Below are positions 11,401-23,900 of a stretch of DNA of 64,000 bases, piece by piece (positions within the stretch are counted from its first letter, which is position 1; every line of letters starts with the position of its first letter). The translations under genes and the position numbers were made by a program. The notes under the pieces are model-generated. The model saw only the letters and a list, made by a program, of their open reading frames with translations, did no database searches and was not told the DNA's origin. The DNA comes from Oikopleura dioica (taxonomy: Eukaryota > Animalia > Chordata), in NCBI GenBank assembly GCA_907165135.1, contig OU015566.1, positions 13,578,001-13,642,000 of the forward strand. Reading direction: 5' to 3'.

Positions 11401-11994
11401 GAAGCAAGTCCTAAACGATCGGATAAGGAAAGAACGCTGAAAAGATGCTTACCTGGACAGTGTCGACATTGAGAAGAATTTCTCTCGAGTAGACAAAGTC
11501 GACAATTGATTGAAGCGCCTCAGGATTGAGTGATCTTCCCGGGCCAAAGTCAAATTGAACATTAATCACTGAATATTAATTAAAAAGGCGGATTGGAAGA
11601 CGAATCACTCACCTTCTTTCTTGACCTCGACCATTCCGGAGCAAAACATGCTTTGAAAATACGGAATCGTCGCCGCTAGAATCAGTTTATGCGCTCTGAT
11701 CTCTTTGTCCCCGACTTTGACCGTCACATCCGTCAGTTGATCCCGATCACGAAAGTCCTTGCACAACTCGACTTGCGGAAACTTGGGGTTGGACTTGTAA
11801 AGCAGCGTTGGCTGGGGAAGGTTTTTAGAATCGCCACCAGAAATTGAATCGATCTCCATCTTTGGTTGAGCTTCCGCCGGGCCATCGGTAGTCGTTGTTG
11901 TTTCCATCGAAGTGTCACTCAAGTAACCGGCATTTTCCAGTGCCGAATTGACCGACCCACGGTTCAGGGCATTTCCTGGCGCAAAGTCCTCCAT
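8403..11994 (-). CDS. KLHL8: Kelch-like protein 8 ortholog (BTB-BACK-6xKelch)
   Basis: BTB (LTDVTVKVGDKEIRAHKLILAA.IPYF.SMF) and BACK domains. Kelch repeats GVLICVGGRGNEGDPYKSVE..RRHVG, STPRRGIALA..AIGGLDDQMCYNNVERYD, QRRAGAG, DDNAPLASVE..PRGGVG..GGHNGKEYL are KLHL8-type. Last exon approximate. Confidence 0.88.
8550..8693. mobile_element. Short hAT-like element in last KLHL8 intron
   Basis: 8-bp direct repeat ATTACTAG at 8542-8549 and 8694-8701. Weak TIRs CAATGCTGAA / TTCAAGGGTTG. Confidence 0.55.
10443..10947. mobile_element. hAT-type MITE (505 bp) inserted in a KLHL8 coding exon
   Basis: TIRs CTAGTATCGACAA / TTGTCGATCCTAG. Perfect 8-bp TSD TCTAGAAG at 10435-10442 and 10948-10955. TCGGGTTT arrays on the left and AAACCCGA arrays on the right. 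Confidence 0.9.
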
Positions 11995-12065
11995 CCGAAA
12001 GTCTAAAAAACAGTTTTTCCCTTTTTGAAGACCGGCAGTGGCACATGTTCAAAAAAATGTAAAAT

Positions 12066-13567
12066 TCAGTCGTCCAGGTTCAAATCAGTCATTTCATTTT
12101 CAAAGTCTCTTTCTTCTTCATCCCTGACTTTTACGTCCTGATCTTCTCCCCATTGAAGCATCGTATCGATAATTGCAAGGGCGTAGTTGATGCTCTCTTC
12201 GTCAGAACTATCCAGTGGTTGGAAATTTACAAGTGAGTAGTCATCTATTACTCTAAAAGAGCTGATAAGGAGAGGGGATGGAAAACAAGTGCTACCGGAA
12301 AAGGGAGTCGACGAGTTTGGCGTATCTTTTCGTGTATTTCGTTGCATTCTCGACTCTTTCATAACAACTTGGGTCCGTGTAATTGTCGATCTCTTCACGC
12401 GCCGATGGACTTTTACAGGATTCTCTAATTGTCAGTTAGTAATTTAGCATTTTCTCCCTTACGGCTCTATTTTTAGAAAATCAGAATGAGGACTGCACTA
12501 ATCAAATTGCTCTCTTTCGCAACCTAATTACTCTGTTTCGTCACGAATAAATCAAATTCAAAATCCCAGTTCCTCAAAACATCTATCTTCGTCATAATGT
12601 TCATGTGCGGCACCTCCAGTTTCGTCATGCAACTGAGTGCAGCCATCGTTCCGGAAATGTACTTTCCCCGCTCGACCAAAAACTGCGAGTCCATCAGGAA
12701 CACGGCGCCAATACGGAAGTCCCAAGATTTTAGCTTATCAACAATCACTTTCATCACGTCCAAATGAGTGTACAGCTCGATCTGACCAGGACAGTCGATT
12801 ATGTAATAATCGTCTTCTTTCAAAAAGCTTCAGAAAGGGCACAAGAAAGATCAAAGGAGGTCCTTATTTTATTTTAATAAAATACAGAGTAAGTGTCATT
12901 TTGTCTCCGGAGTTCGAACTCTACTTTTCATCAAAACCGATCTCTTGAATCATTTTTGATCCTCGTCTTTATATCCGAAAATCAACCAACGGGTAGTTTA
13001 TATGCGAGTTTATTAGGCGCTACACAAACCCGATTTTCGCGATCGGGTAAATATCCCGCATCGTGAATCTAGCGCAGAAGTCTCCTGCCTAACTTCATGT
13101 GTAATTGAATCGAACCAATTTTTGAAAAAAAATAATTTGAATTTTTTTATGACTGATTCTGAATAAAAAAAAACAAAAAGAATTAAAAATGATGCTTCTA
13201 TGGCCTTTATTTGAAGCTCCTTTTCCTTGTGGGTCCATATTCTCCTTGAGCCATTCGAAATTCTCTGTCAAGTACTCCATACAAAAGACCAGACCTCCAT
13301 TAGGACCTAGACGCAATTCCTCGTCGTCCATTACATCTTCAATCGATATCAATTCTCGTATATCGACTTCGGCTTCGTATTGATACTGCTCTGCCGCGGG
13401 ATCCAAATTCACAACTAAAATTGAATGTTTATACAGGTGAAAGGGTGAATAATTACTGTACCTCTGCACGAACGGCCCAAAACTTGAAAGTGCTGCTGCA
13501 TCATGTGACAGTAAGTGCTTTTTCCACTCCCCGCGGGACCGACGACCAATTGCGCATAAGCTGGCAT
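12066..13567 (-). CDS. GPN3: GPN-loop GTPase 3
   Basis: [21 protein letters not shown]-loop, [23 protein letters not shown] (GPN loop), [46 protein letters not shown]. Confidence 0.92.
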
Positions 13568-13630
13568 TCTACAATCGCATTACAGTCATTCTAACAGCCG
13601 GAGAAATACAGAATGTTGAACTTTCCAGTT

Positions 13631-14584
13631 TTAGGCTTTCCAGGGAATCGGAAGAGAATTTTTTAAATAATACGTTTCCATCGCGTTTTTCCACTTCATG
13701 TTGCTTATCATCGATCCAGCATACCTACAGTCATAATTTAATAACCCAATCATTATTTTTAAATACAGTCAACCCTAAAAATTCCACTCAAAAGGCTCAA
13801 ATTTTTCGAATAACTAGAAATTTAAACAGTTTTGTTTGTATTTTTGACCTTTTTTCTTGGCAAGTTTTGGCCATTTGATGGCCGTTGTTGGCTGAATCAA
13901 ATTTGGCCGTGTTTTTCGCCGAAAAATTGGAGAAAACCTTGGAATTCTGAGGGAAAACCGCATGTTATCTTACGTTGGATCTTCAGCAACAGTATTTGCT
14001 TCTAACGCACAATCATATCCACTGAAGAAAACTGAATAAAGACCAAACGTCGCGAAGAAAACTCCAACAGTAGCTTGAAAAATCAATTGAGAAAACTTGA
14101 TTCTGGCGATTTTGCGGCGCGTTTTTCTGTCGACTTCGCCGAGAGGGGGATTAAGACTGTTTCGATTGACGAAGTAATTTGTTCTCTATAAAAATTTCCT
14201 TCAATAAGAATCTATAAAAAGGGATGACTTACATTAGGGTCAACTTCTGATAGCAGCGGGTCGTTTAGATGAACATAATCAAGCCCCTTTTTTCAAGTCA
14301 AAAAAATAGTTTTTTGAAATTGTTAATAACAACAGACGACAATGTCGTTTTTTGACTCTTTCCTGATTTCCTCCGTCATTTTCGTATTCATCCTTTATCG
14401 CCCTCAATTCTCTAATCGTCTTCGCTTTTACAGTCCTTTCCATCGCAAGTGTTTCTTCTTCTCCATTTGGATTCAGACTCAGACGCGTAGAAGAGCTCGT
14501 GGAAAGAATTTGTGGCGATTTCTTGAGGTTTACCGCAAAGCTTCTTTTCAGTAAAATTATGCTATTACTGCACCTTGTAATCAT
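13631..14584 (-). CDS. Hypothetical single-pass protein with mitochondrial-presequence-like N-terminus (loosely FAM162-like)
   Basis: Basic/Ser-rich start MITRCSNSIILLKRSFAV. Later in-phase exons give DRKTRRKIARIKFSQLIFQATVGVFFATFGLYSVFFSG (TM) and TYAGSMISNMKWKNAMETYYLKNSLPIPWKA-stop. Family assignment is weak. Confidence 0.6.
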
Positions 14585-14774
14585 CTACTCTGAATTTGTC
14601 CGGATCTGAAAGAAGGGGCTTTTGAGGGAGAGAAAGGGTTTAAATACATTCTATATGAACATTGAGACAGGTTTTAAATTGCAGTATATAGACGATATTG
14701 ATGCAGCAGATTCTGAATGTGTGTATAAATCTTCATGCAACTCTCAAGCAGATTTGGCTGGAGCCGATCGCGGA

Positions 14775-16283
14775 TTACATCATCCCCCGCATTCTGCCAA
14801 GTCCTCCGAGTCCGGGAATCGCTGATTGAGGAGTGAAATTTGCTATAATCGGCGTTAAACTTGGTTTATAGAAGCAAATAACTCCTAAAAATAGGGAATT
14901 CTTGAATAACTCACGATTGGCGGTGGCAAATTTGTGTCTCGTAATGAAAGTCGCAATAAGTTCAGCAACTTTCTGCGGCTGGTCTTCGTGAATCGCGTGG
15001 CCGGCAGTGGGCATCACCGAAAGTTGGAACTTCCCCTGCATTTGTCCGACTGTCAGCGCCGTGTCCAGCCTGTCCATTCCCGCTTTTTTTCTGGGTTAAG
15101 ACCTGTTTCCCTCTTTCTCTAATTCTCTATCGTTGTTAACCCGTCCCTAGCAGGAGCATTTTCACAGGCGGCGCGGAGAGGAACTTTTCAGAAAGGCCCT
15201 CAAACCAACCTCGCCAATAATTCGCGGTTTCGCTCAAATTGATTCGCCAGATTTGATCCGTCGACTCTTCGTCAGTCGGTGATTTATCTAAACAAAGATT
15301 AAACAGCTCCAATTTCTGAATCAGAACTTTTTACCTTGGACTTGGCCAGGCATGGAAATTTTGGCAGAATTGATGTTTTTGATGTAATTTGTTCTGACGG
15401 CCCATTCTATTGCTTGATCCTTTGATTTGAATTTTCCAGGGCGGCCATTTAGGATGACTTCCATGCTTGGTAGGGCTTCCAGAGCTGTTCCTTCCACCAC
15501 ATCGATCACTGAAGACGAAATAAATATTTCATGCAGTTTCTGAATTTGTATGTACCTACAAGCCCAATACAAGGAGTTCGATGGGCGACGTGAACAGCGA
15601 GCGCTCCTCCCATCGAGTGTCCGATAATCACCGTCGGACGGGACTGAACCACTTCTTCATAGAAACTGACCAAATCTTCCGTCATGTTTTCGATGCTGAG
15701 ATTTGATTCATCTGAGCATCGTGAATCTTTCCAGGGTTCAGAATTTGACCTTCAAAATACAGATTTTTCTATAAAAAATGACTGTCAATCTTCCTTCGAA
15801 CCCGTGACCCTCCGTGCCCACGAATATCAGGAGCAATAATGAAGCAATCCGCCATTTCTCTCAACTTCTTTCCAAAAAGCGAAAAAGAAAGTCCCTAAAA
15901 ACAGGTTTTTCAATTGGCATTTTGTGGCTTGTCTGACCGAGAAACCGCCGCCGTGGAGCACTAGAATGCAGCATTTCGATTCTTCGTTTCCCATCGTGTA
16001 GTAGTTGAAAAGATCGCTTTTTGAGTCTTTTACAAATTGACCTCAAACGGCCCCAAATGACCTCAAAATCGAGTAAAACACTTTCCTGTCCTTCTGAAAC
16101 GTCTTCTTTTCCGCCCAGTAATCGCCCCAATCTGTTGGAGAATAATCTTTTGGTCGTCTTCCTGGCTTAAAACCACATTAACAGTCATTCTAGCGCTGTT
16201 TTTCGACTTACAGGGACCATTCTAGTGCCAGAATTCGACGGATGAGGCGGTCGAGGAGGAAGTGGATCCATATTATGACTCAT
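14775..16283 (-). CDS. PPME1: Protein phosphatase methylesterase 1
   Basis: PGRRPKDYSPTDW, LVLHGGGFS, VIDVVEGTALEALPSM, WRINL..TANYW.GWFEGLSEKFL, DRLDTALTVGQMQGKFQL..AGHAIHEDQP. Confidence 0.92.
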
Positions 16284-16427
16284 TCTCTTTTATTGAAGGC
16301 TTCTATGTGTTTTTCTCTGAGAAGAATATTGAATGAGAAATCGAAAGGAGTTTCGAGAAAAAGTGGCTTTCCATTTTTCCATCGGCGGGTGATTGGTGCG
16401 CTGCGGAGGAGAGAGCGCTGGAAGAGA

Positions 16428-17942
16428 TGCGCGCTGCTGGAAGAATGAGGATTTCGCTAGTAAGATTGATAAGAAGGGTTGAAACGAAAAATTTACAAAT
16501 TGAATTCAATTTTTGAACACTTTTAAATTTTTCAAATGAGAAAAAAACTTTAAAATTTCAGGAAAATTTTTGAAAATTTTCTCTAGAAAAAGGAATTTCC
16601 TGCGATTATTGTTGATTCTAACGTTAGATTAACAAAAACCAGAGAAACTATGCAAGACTGGAATCCGCTTTCAGAAGAGTTTTATCAAAAAATCAAGTCG
16701 ACAGATCCTCCTAAAGCTTGGCACCCGCTTCGCAACAGCATCATCGAATCTCTTCTAGTTCTGGTTCGGCAAAAAAAGGAACTTTTCATTCATTTGAACT
16801 TTTTCTCCTCTGAACCATCGCTCAGGCCCAGAATGGATCGCCTGCCCGTATTTAGACGAATCCTCCCTTTTTGAACCCTTTTCGGTGATCATCAAACGCA
16901 ACAATCGGTTTAGAGTCGCCAACGATGCATTTGCGCACGAGATTTTCGCCAAGCCCAAGCTGTCTGAGAAGGAATTAGGCTCGCTACGGTTTCTTCTGAT
17001 GATTTTTTAAAGCGAAAATCGTGCTTGAACCTTTGGAAAAGTATAAATTTGATGATTTACTGGATGGAAAATATACTCGAATTGTCGATAGCGTCAGAAA
17101 AACAGTCAAGTAAGGGTCCTGGGCTCGGCAACCTGTGTAGAAAGCCTGAGTCAGGTTCTAAGGCGCTAAAATTGAAAGCCGTGTAGCGGCTTTTTCTTAA
17201 TTCAAGCCGCAAAGCGGCTTCGCAGTATAACAATTTCAATCTCTTACTACTGGCGAAGCCGCTTTGCGGCTTTGTTCTAAATAGAGCCGCTCCGCGGCTT
17301 TTCATTTTAGCTCTTTAGAACCTGACTCAGGTTTTCTTCAGAGCCAAGTAAGGATCCTCTAATCTCTATCAATCATCAATTTCTAGAGTGGAATTCCGCG
17401 AATCATCAGTTCAAGAAATCAACGAAGCCTTCAAAATTGGCGGCTTATGCTTGGACCTTGAAAATCATGAAATCGTTTCTTCATCACTTGATTCTTGCTA
17501 TATCATCACAGGAAACATGTTTTATAACTGAAATTTTTTGCATGAAATTGTTTTGTAAAGCATGTTTTAGCCGTTGCTTATTGCGAGCTGAAGTTTTCAG
17601 TGAGCATTGGAGATTCAAAACGTCGCGGAAACTCGCTGCATGTTGAAAACGAAGTGTAAGGAAACTCGCCTCTAGAATTTTTAGGGAACATTTTTTAGCT
17701 TCAAAACGAATCAACAAGTTCCAGTCGCCTTCAAAGCAGATTTATTTCCTGTTGATCCCGAAACTGGCGAGCTTGGAATGAGAATGGTAGGAGTTTGGAA
17801 TCAACGAGGACAACTGAAAAAAATCTAGCGCCACGATGGATCGGAATTGAGAGAGGGCCGATGGAAGAAACTTGTGAGAAAAGAAGAAAAAGCTCTGCGA
17901 GTTCCTGTTGACTACCAGTACACTGAAAGTAGCCGTGTTTAA
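16428..17942 (+). CDS. Hypothetical multi-exon protein divergent from PPME1 (structure uncertain)
   Basis: Open exon-like segments with flanking splice signals: MQDWNPLSEEFYQKIK.., GPEWIACPYLDESSLFEPF.., DLLDGKYTRIVDSVRKTV, VEFRESSVQEINEAFKIGG.., VPVAFKADLFPVDPETGELG. No family recognised. Confidence 0.45.
17122..17345. mobile_element. Palindromic MITE at an intron 5' end
   Basis: About 45-bp inverted arms GAAA(G/A)CCTGAGTCAGGTTCTAA.G.GCTAAAAT..AAAGCCG. Flanked by a degenerate 14-bp direct repeat AAGTAAGG(G/A)TCCT(G/C) that contains the GTAAG donor. Confidence 0.75.
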
Positions 17943-18189
17943 AAATTAATGAACCGGAAATAAATCAATAAAGTTTTCTACCATAACTTTGGTACATAAG
18001 CACTCGATTATTTGATTTTCTTTATTTTAATTACTCAGAGCTACAGTAGTCAACCGGGGTGACGAAAAGCAAAGGGTTCCAAAGAAGGGTATCCCATAAA
18101 CTTTTTCTGATCGCAACAACATCAGTTGAAGCAGTTTCTTCATCTGGATCTTATATAACATGTTTCAAAAGACGGGATAGATTTGCATA

Positions 18190-19750
18190 AAAGACCCCTA
18201 CGGAAAACGCTCTGTTCGTGTACCAATTGGTATTCGAATACCAAATCTTCTCAAAAAGTCCAAATTTGGTGCACCCAAAGAGTGCCTGTCTTGAAGGAGT
18301 TCTTACGAGTGATAAAGTAGTAATTTTACGGAAAAAACTCTGATCAAAAATCTTGGATTTAGAAAATCAAAATTGGTATTCGAATACTAAAAAGGCTACT
18401 GAATCTTAAAACATTGACCTAGATATACTCTTTGAATTGAATTGTCCATCATATCGTCAATCACGAGTCCAGGAACTACGAATATACTGTTTTCAACAAC
18501 AAGAGCAGTTGAACTTGTAAGGCCCTAAAGGAAGATAGTTATTCAATTTTATGTTTTTACTGTTCCTTTGCAAGATATCCGATCAATTGCCATCTATTTT
18601 CTTTCAATCGCCAAATATCACTAAGCCAATCAATACTTAGATAGTCATATCCTCCGAGAGTAAGAAGAGCTCCGGAAGAGAGTCCAACAACAGAAAAGCC
18701 CTCTATAAATCTGAAATCTCGTATTTTCAGAAGTCCACTTTCAAGTCTACCTGGGATGGTCTATAAGTGAAATCCAGCTATTTCTTGTCAATGTCTCGAC
18801 TGCTCTATTTTGGTGTCGACCTCCAATCGCAGTCGGTTGACCATTATATATTCCAAGATAACCTTGGTATATTTTCTCTGGCCCAGCAGTTTTTCTTACA
18901 GTGTTTCCGTCAAAATCAGCACAGCTTTCTTCAGAGTTCGGGAAACAAATTAGTGCTATAATTATTTCTTTACAAACATAATAATTAAAATATATTAAGG
19001 GGGTAGAAACAGCTTTCTTGATTTTCGACTGTCGCTACAAATAAGAAAATCTTAGATGTATTTATGATAGCGAAATGTCTTATGAAATGATCCTAGAATA
19101 GTGATTGAAACTCACAAAAATGTAAATGGAATTTTTTTAGCTATCACGTGACTCGAGATATTCGAGGTTGAAAATTCGCCAAAATTGGCAGTTTAGATGA
19201 GTTGCTTCTGAGCCAACTTACTCAAAAATCTGTTGACTAAAACAAATTTCGAGGAAGATGTTCTTAGATCTAAGATGGATCTATCTAAACTAGTAGAGAA
19301 AATGTGTAAATCTAAAGTTCTCTTATCTTTAGCGCCAGTCAAAAACCGCCCTTTTTCGAAAAAAGCTATTTCTACCACCTTGATATAATTGTCATAAATA
19401 TCTTTTAAACCTTTTAAACCCTCCTCAAAAGCTACAACAGAAGGAAAAGTCGCATTGAATGGTAGTTTGACAGAGAGCTCTTTAAACTTGCATTTGTCAA
19501 GTCTGGCGATCTATAAACTCTTATCTTTTATCAATTGTGTTATTTTTACTTTTTTCCTATTAATATCTCCTCCGAAAATGTGAATCTGATTCTTGACGAG
19601 GGCATAATCCGAGTACATAATATATTCTGCAATCGTCACATTAATTTGCTCATCTGGAGATTTGATGGACAGATTTTCTCTAACTGATCCATCCCCAAGA
19701 AAAGCAAAAGGAGGACTCAAGGGAACTATCTTCAATATCCTCAACTTTAG
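18190..19750 (-). CDS. Kelch-like beta-propeller family member 1 (ends approximate)
   Basis: Exons give YSDYALVKNQIHIFGGDINRKK / IARLDKCKFKELSVKLP / CFPNSEESCADFDG..YLGIYNGQPTAIGG..VETL...SWISLIDHP / GFSVVGLSSGALLTLGG..DIWRLKENRWQLIGYL / ALVVENSIFVVPG..IQRVYL. Homologous to the genes at 34.8, 60.1 and 63.6 kb. Confidence 0.65.
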
Positions 19751-19947
19751 GCTTGAATAAATTCGAACTTATGAATGACAGTGGACCCCATATGTAAATA
19801 ACCCTAACTAAAGACACCAATGATGATTTTTGTGCAAATTATTTTTTTTTCAAACCTTCAAGAATATCTCAAGATATATTATAAAGTTTGAATAGTTGTA
19901 TATAAGTTATAACTTATAAGTTATAACCATGAAATTTTATGAAAAAT

Positions 19948-22900
19948 CTATTTCTTATGATCGTTTCTTGTAAAAATTTTTATAAGACGCTGGAATTTTC
20001 TGGAAATTGAAGATAGAACCCTTGTACTATGGGTAAACGGAAAAATGACGTTTAATTGAGTCGGCTGCCCTGTGGAATAAATGAAATTTTTAATTTCAGT
20101 CCATTGATCGTATTTGAAAACTCTTATTCTCTTGTCATCAATAGTTTCAAACCCAGTCAAACTCGACATTCCGATAATATTTTTGCACATTTGTATATCA
20201 CACTCATTTTCCTCGATAATTTCAAGAGATGCTGACTTAGTCGTCAAGGTGAAATTAAATTTGAACTCAAGAACTTTTGACTCCGATAAACTTGAGTTCA
20301 GAGCAAATTTCCCCGGAAAAAAATGAGAATCAATCCATAGTGAGCGATTTTTGAAATTTCCAAGCCTCAAAAACAAATTTCCGTCGAAGAATTTGAGATC
20401 AACAATTTTTGCCTCATTATTTTCAGCTTTCTTAAAATTGATATTGAAAAATAAGAATTATTATTGATAAATAATGGCTCATTCGGTAGGACTTATACGG
20501 TATAATTTATACCTTTATTTGAATTTTTAAGCTTTCCGGGCCATTAAATTTCATAACGAAAGTCGAAACGTGTTGAAGTTCCTTTAGCAAAGTGAAGAAA
20601 TTGTTCGGTACAATAGTATTAGGATACGGTCGTGTCAGAGAGCTAGCACCTTGTGGAAATCGTGGCTGCGAAACGGCATTTTTTACAAAACCAGGAAATA
20701 CATCGTCGTGAAATGAAAAATATGGATTGCTTGTTACATGCATTTTCTTTATTATTTGAAGTTGAGTGAAATCAAGCTCGATTTTGTCTTTTATTTTGGA
20801 TCTATAATAAACTGACTTTTAAAAAGAGCTTCCATGATAAAAATCCTTTCCGAAATTAAATTGGATCTGAAACGTTGAGTCAAAAACATAGTTTTGAATA
20901 AAGAGATTCTCATTATTGTTGATTCCGTTGATAAAGTATTCGCACTCGTCATTGTTTGTCCCCATCAGATTTGTATAGTGAACGTCATCTGAGGAAAATT
21001 GATTTGAAAAACAGACTGATCGTTCCTCATAATTGACAAGTGACCCGATCCACTCACTCCCCAGAGTTAAAAATTTTCCATTAGCTTCCAACAATAACGA
21101 GTACAGCGTATTTGAGAGATGAATACTTCTTGTCACTAGAACTAGCAAAAGCCGCCCCAGGTCAATCTTTATTAGTTTAAAAATTAATTTCGTAATAGAA
21201 TAAGCATTTAAGATATTTGCATAATATAATATTATTAATATTAAACCGTTTACAAGGGAACAACATGTGCAAGATTCAAGTCTGTAAACTCAACAGGTAG
21301 CGCGATTTCATCCTTTTTCCAACCTTTCTCTAGTTCTTCGCTTTTTCGTATTCTATTCAAAGCCTTCGTTGTTGATAATTTGATCCATTTTTCACCAAGT
21401 CTTGCACTCATCAGATAGAATACTCCCTTGAAGCTCACAGAAGACGTTTTCGCGTTAAAATGGTTACTAGCGATAAAGCCCTGTGCTTCCTCGAAACGAT
21501 TGAGATTATATTCTGGTGCGTAGAAAAAGCACTTGTCTGGTCTTCCGGATGGTGAGCTTTTGTAGATCCAAATTTGAAAATATTGGATAATTTATATAAA
21601 AAAATCTGATTTTAAACTAATAAATTAAGAAACAAGTCTCTTGCTTTTTCTTAGACCTTTTTCAAATAACAACAACGGGAAAAACCTTCTTTTCTTTTTC
21701 TTCCAGACGAATTTCAATAAAATGAGTCCCAATGGACGAACCGTAATGAAAAACAAAGAAATCCCTTTATATTTGTAAATATTTATACCGTGGGCGAGAG
21801 ATTTCACGACGGAGGGGGAAATAGATTGGAATAGATTGGAAATAGATTAAATTCAAAAATCATGGAACGGGGCTGAATTTTAAGGGTCTTCCAGGAAGGC
21901 CGGTCTTCCACCAGAAAAGGTCCTCCAGGGGTCCTCCAAGAGTCACATGACCAAGATTTTCTAAAAATATTATCTATTTATAAGTTAAAGATTAATTTAT
22001 CTTAAATAGTCTAGGTTAGACCTATCTTCCATCAATTGGGTCTTCCACCAGGTAAAAGTCCTCCATCAGGCATGGGAAAATACTTGAATGTGCGCGAAAT
22101 ATTCAAAACCCCGCCCCGGGCCCTCAGACTCCGTCGTGATATCTCTCGCCCACAGTATATAGAACCAGTCTACTCGAAACAGAAGAAGATACTTACAATC
22201 CAACTAGTCGATTTTTGATAAAAATCAAATCATTCCCATTTTCCTTGAGTCTTATTAAATTGCCAATCGCATCGACTAGATAGTGCTCTCCATCAAGAAA
22301 AGTGGCACCCGTTGACTTTTCCGCTTTTCGTTTTTGTATTATTTACGATTGAAAGTAACAATCGAAAAACATTCATATGAGTAGAAAGAGTCAGGAGCGT
22401 CAACTTCAACGTCAGCTTTGATGCCTGTTAAATCTGCTAAAATCAATGGAAAATTCTTATTCATATCTTTTTTCATCTTTCGATCTTCCCACCGACGATT
22501 TATCCATATTTTTGAATTCTCTTCAACTTTTTCTTGTTCAGAATTTATCGTCCGATTTTTCCCCAGATTGAAGACTGGAGTTAGTTTTTGTTGTGACAAT
22601 TTTTCGCATGCATAGAATAAACAAGGACATCCATTTTTGCAAAACTTTTCGGTTGGGCAAATTTCTCCAGCAGAATCAGATGATCTCGTGAGCTGAAAGC
22701 ACATCGACTCACAAGGAGAAATCGGGTTAGTCCTTGTTGTTTTCAACACCAGTGTTTTCGAGCAAAGATGACGGCAGACTTTTTGGTCATAGAACTTTTT
22801 CTTCTTGCATCGAAGGAGATTGACTTCATTTTCTTTTTCAGAGAAAACATGTGGCTCAGCTTTTTTATCAGCGATTTTGGAGACGGGTCCCGGAAGTGTA

Positions 22901-23308
22901 AATGTCTTTGTTTCATAACATTGCTTCATAAGATGACCGCAGTAGTCCATTGACTCGATTCGGATGCATTTTTTGTAGTTACGATTGCAAGTAGAAGTCA
23001 AAAAAGTTGTTACGCCGCGCGATTTTTCCAGAGAGTGTATGTTGGCTTTAGTATTAAATAATTTAAATAATATTTTATCAGACTAATCTACCAATGAGCA
23101 TGACCGTTATCCAGAACAGGGAACCGATTACAAGATAGGAGTTCATTTGAGGCATTGTAGAAAATCCGTGTTGAGCAAAGCTCATTTTTGCTACTACCTT
23201 TTTCTTCCATGTTTTCTCCTTTTTGAAATCTTGTCTTTGAGTATGAATACTTCGCGTTGTTAAAATTTCTTCGGGAAATAAATAAACCTTCTCCCCTTTT
23301 TGTTTCAA
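19948..23308 (-). CDS. Probable large multi-exon gene: TM segment, Cys-rich domain, diverged propeller-like repeats
   Basis: A series of minus-strand ORFs: TM-like YLVIGSLFWITVMLIG (about 23100), Cys-rich CPTEKFCKNGCPCLFYACE (22339-23001), CFFYAPEYNLNRF..SSVSFKGVFYL..W (21250-21550) and ORFs at 20819, 20507 and 19948. Whether these are one or several genes is unresolved. Confidence 0.45.
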
Positions 23309-23598
23309 AACACCAACACAATCACAATCAAGACACTATTTATAAAGTTAAGCTTGAATAAGTACGTTCTCACTAAAATACCCGGACTCTAGTTTTTGTA
23401 ATCGCATCTTCGTTTAATTGGTTATCTTCTTGAATAACCATAGCTCTCTTTAGAAGAAGAAATTCTTCTGAAAAAAGGAAGTCGCTATGAGACTGCTCTT
23501 CGCTACCAGCTTGACAGTTTTACAGTTTTTACCGGCTTTTGCGTCTTCTTAAATATCAAAGTTCTGAGTTGCCTGGTGAAGTTTTCAACATCCAAAAT

Positions 23599-23900
23599 GG
23601 GTGTAGGGCGCCCAGGTTCACAATTGTGAACCCGGTTCACAATTTTGTGAACCCGGTTCACAATCTGTGTGAACCCGGTTCACAAAATTTTTAAAAGTAT
23701 AAAATCAGGGGTCTGTATGCGCTCCGCGCCTGATTTCAAAGAGAAACTCATTTTTGACGTTATAAACTTTCTCTACAGCCGCGCCTTTAGTCAGTTTGAG
23801 TCACTTTTTTGACCGAAATTGTGAACCAGGTTCACAAAATTGTGAACCGGGTTCACAAAATTGTGAACCAACCGATTGTGAACCTAGGCGCCCGCCACCC
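23599..23900. mobile_element. MITE (302 bp) with GGGTG ends and 8-bp TSD (Merlin- or hAT-like)
   Basis: TIRs GGGTGTAGGGCGCCCAGGTTCACAAT / ATTGTGAACCTAGGCGCCCGCCACCC. Perfect TSD TCCAAAAT at 23591-23598 and 23901-23908. Subterminal GGTTCACAA/TTGTGAACC arrays. Confidence 0.92.

Larger units (their letters stand above)
8403..16283 (-). other. Probable four-gene operon PPME1 - hypothetical - GPN3 - KLHL8
   Basis: Same strand, with stop-to-start gaps of about 190, 63 and 71 nt. An AG acceptor lies 0-8 nt before each downstream ATG (14584, 13567, 11994). Confidence 0.65.

Noticed and set aside
18223-18392. Twice-repeated palindrome GGTATTCGAATAC
   Set aside because: Only two copies about 150 bp apart with no TIR/TSD structure, most likely a local duplication.
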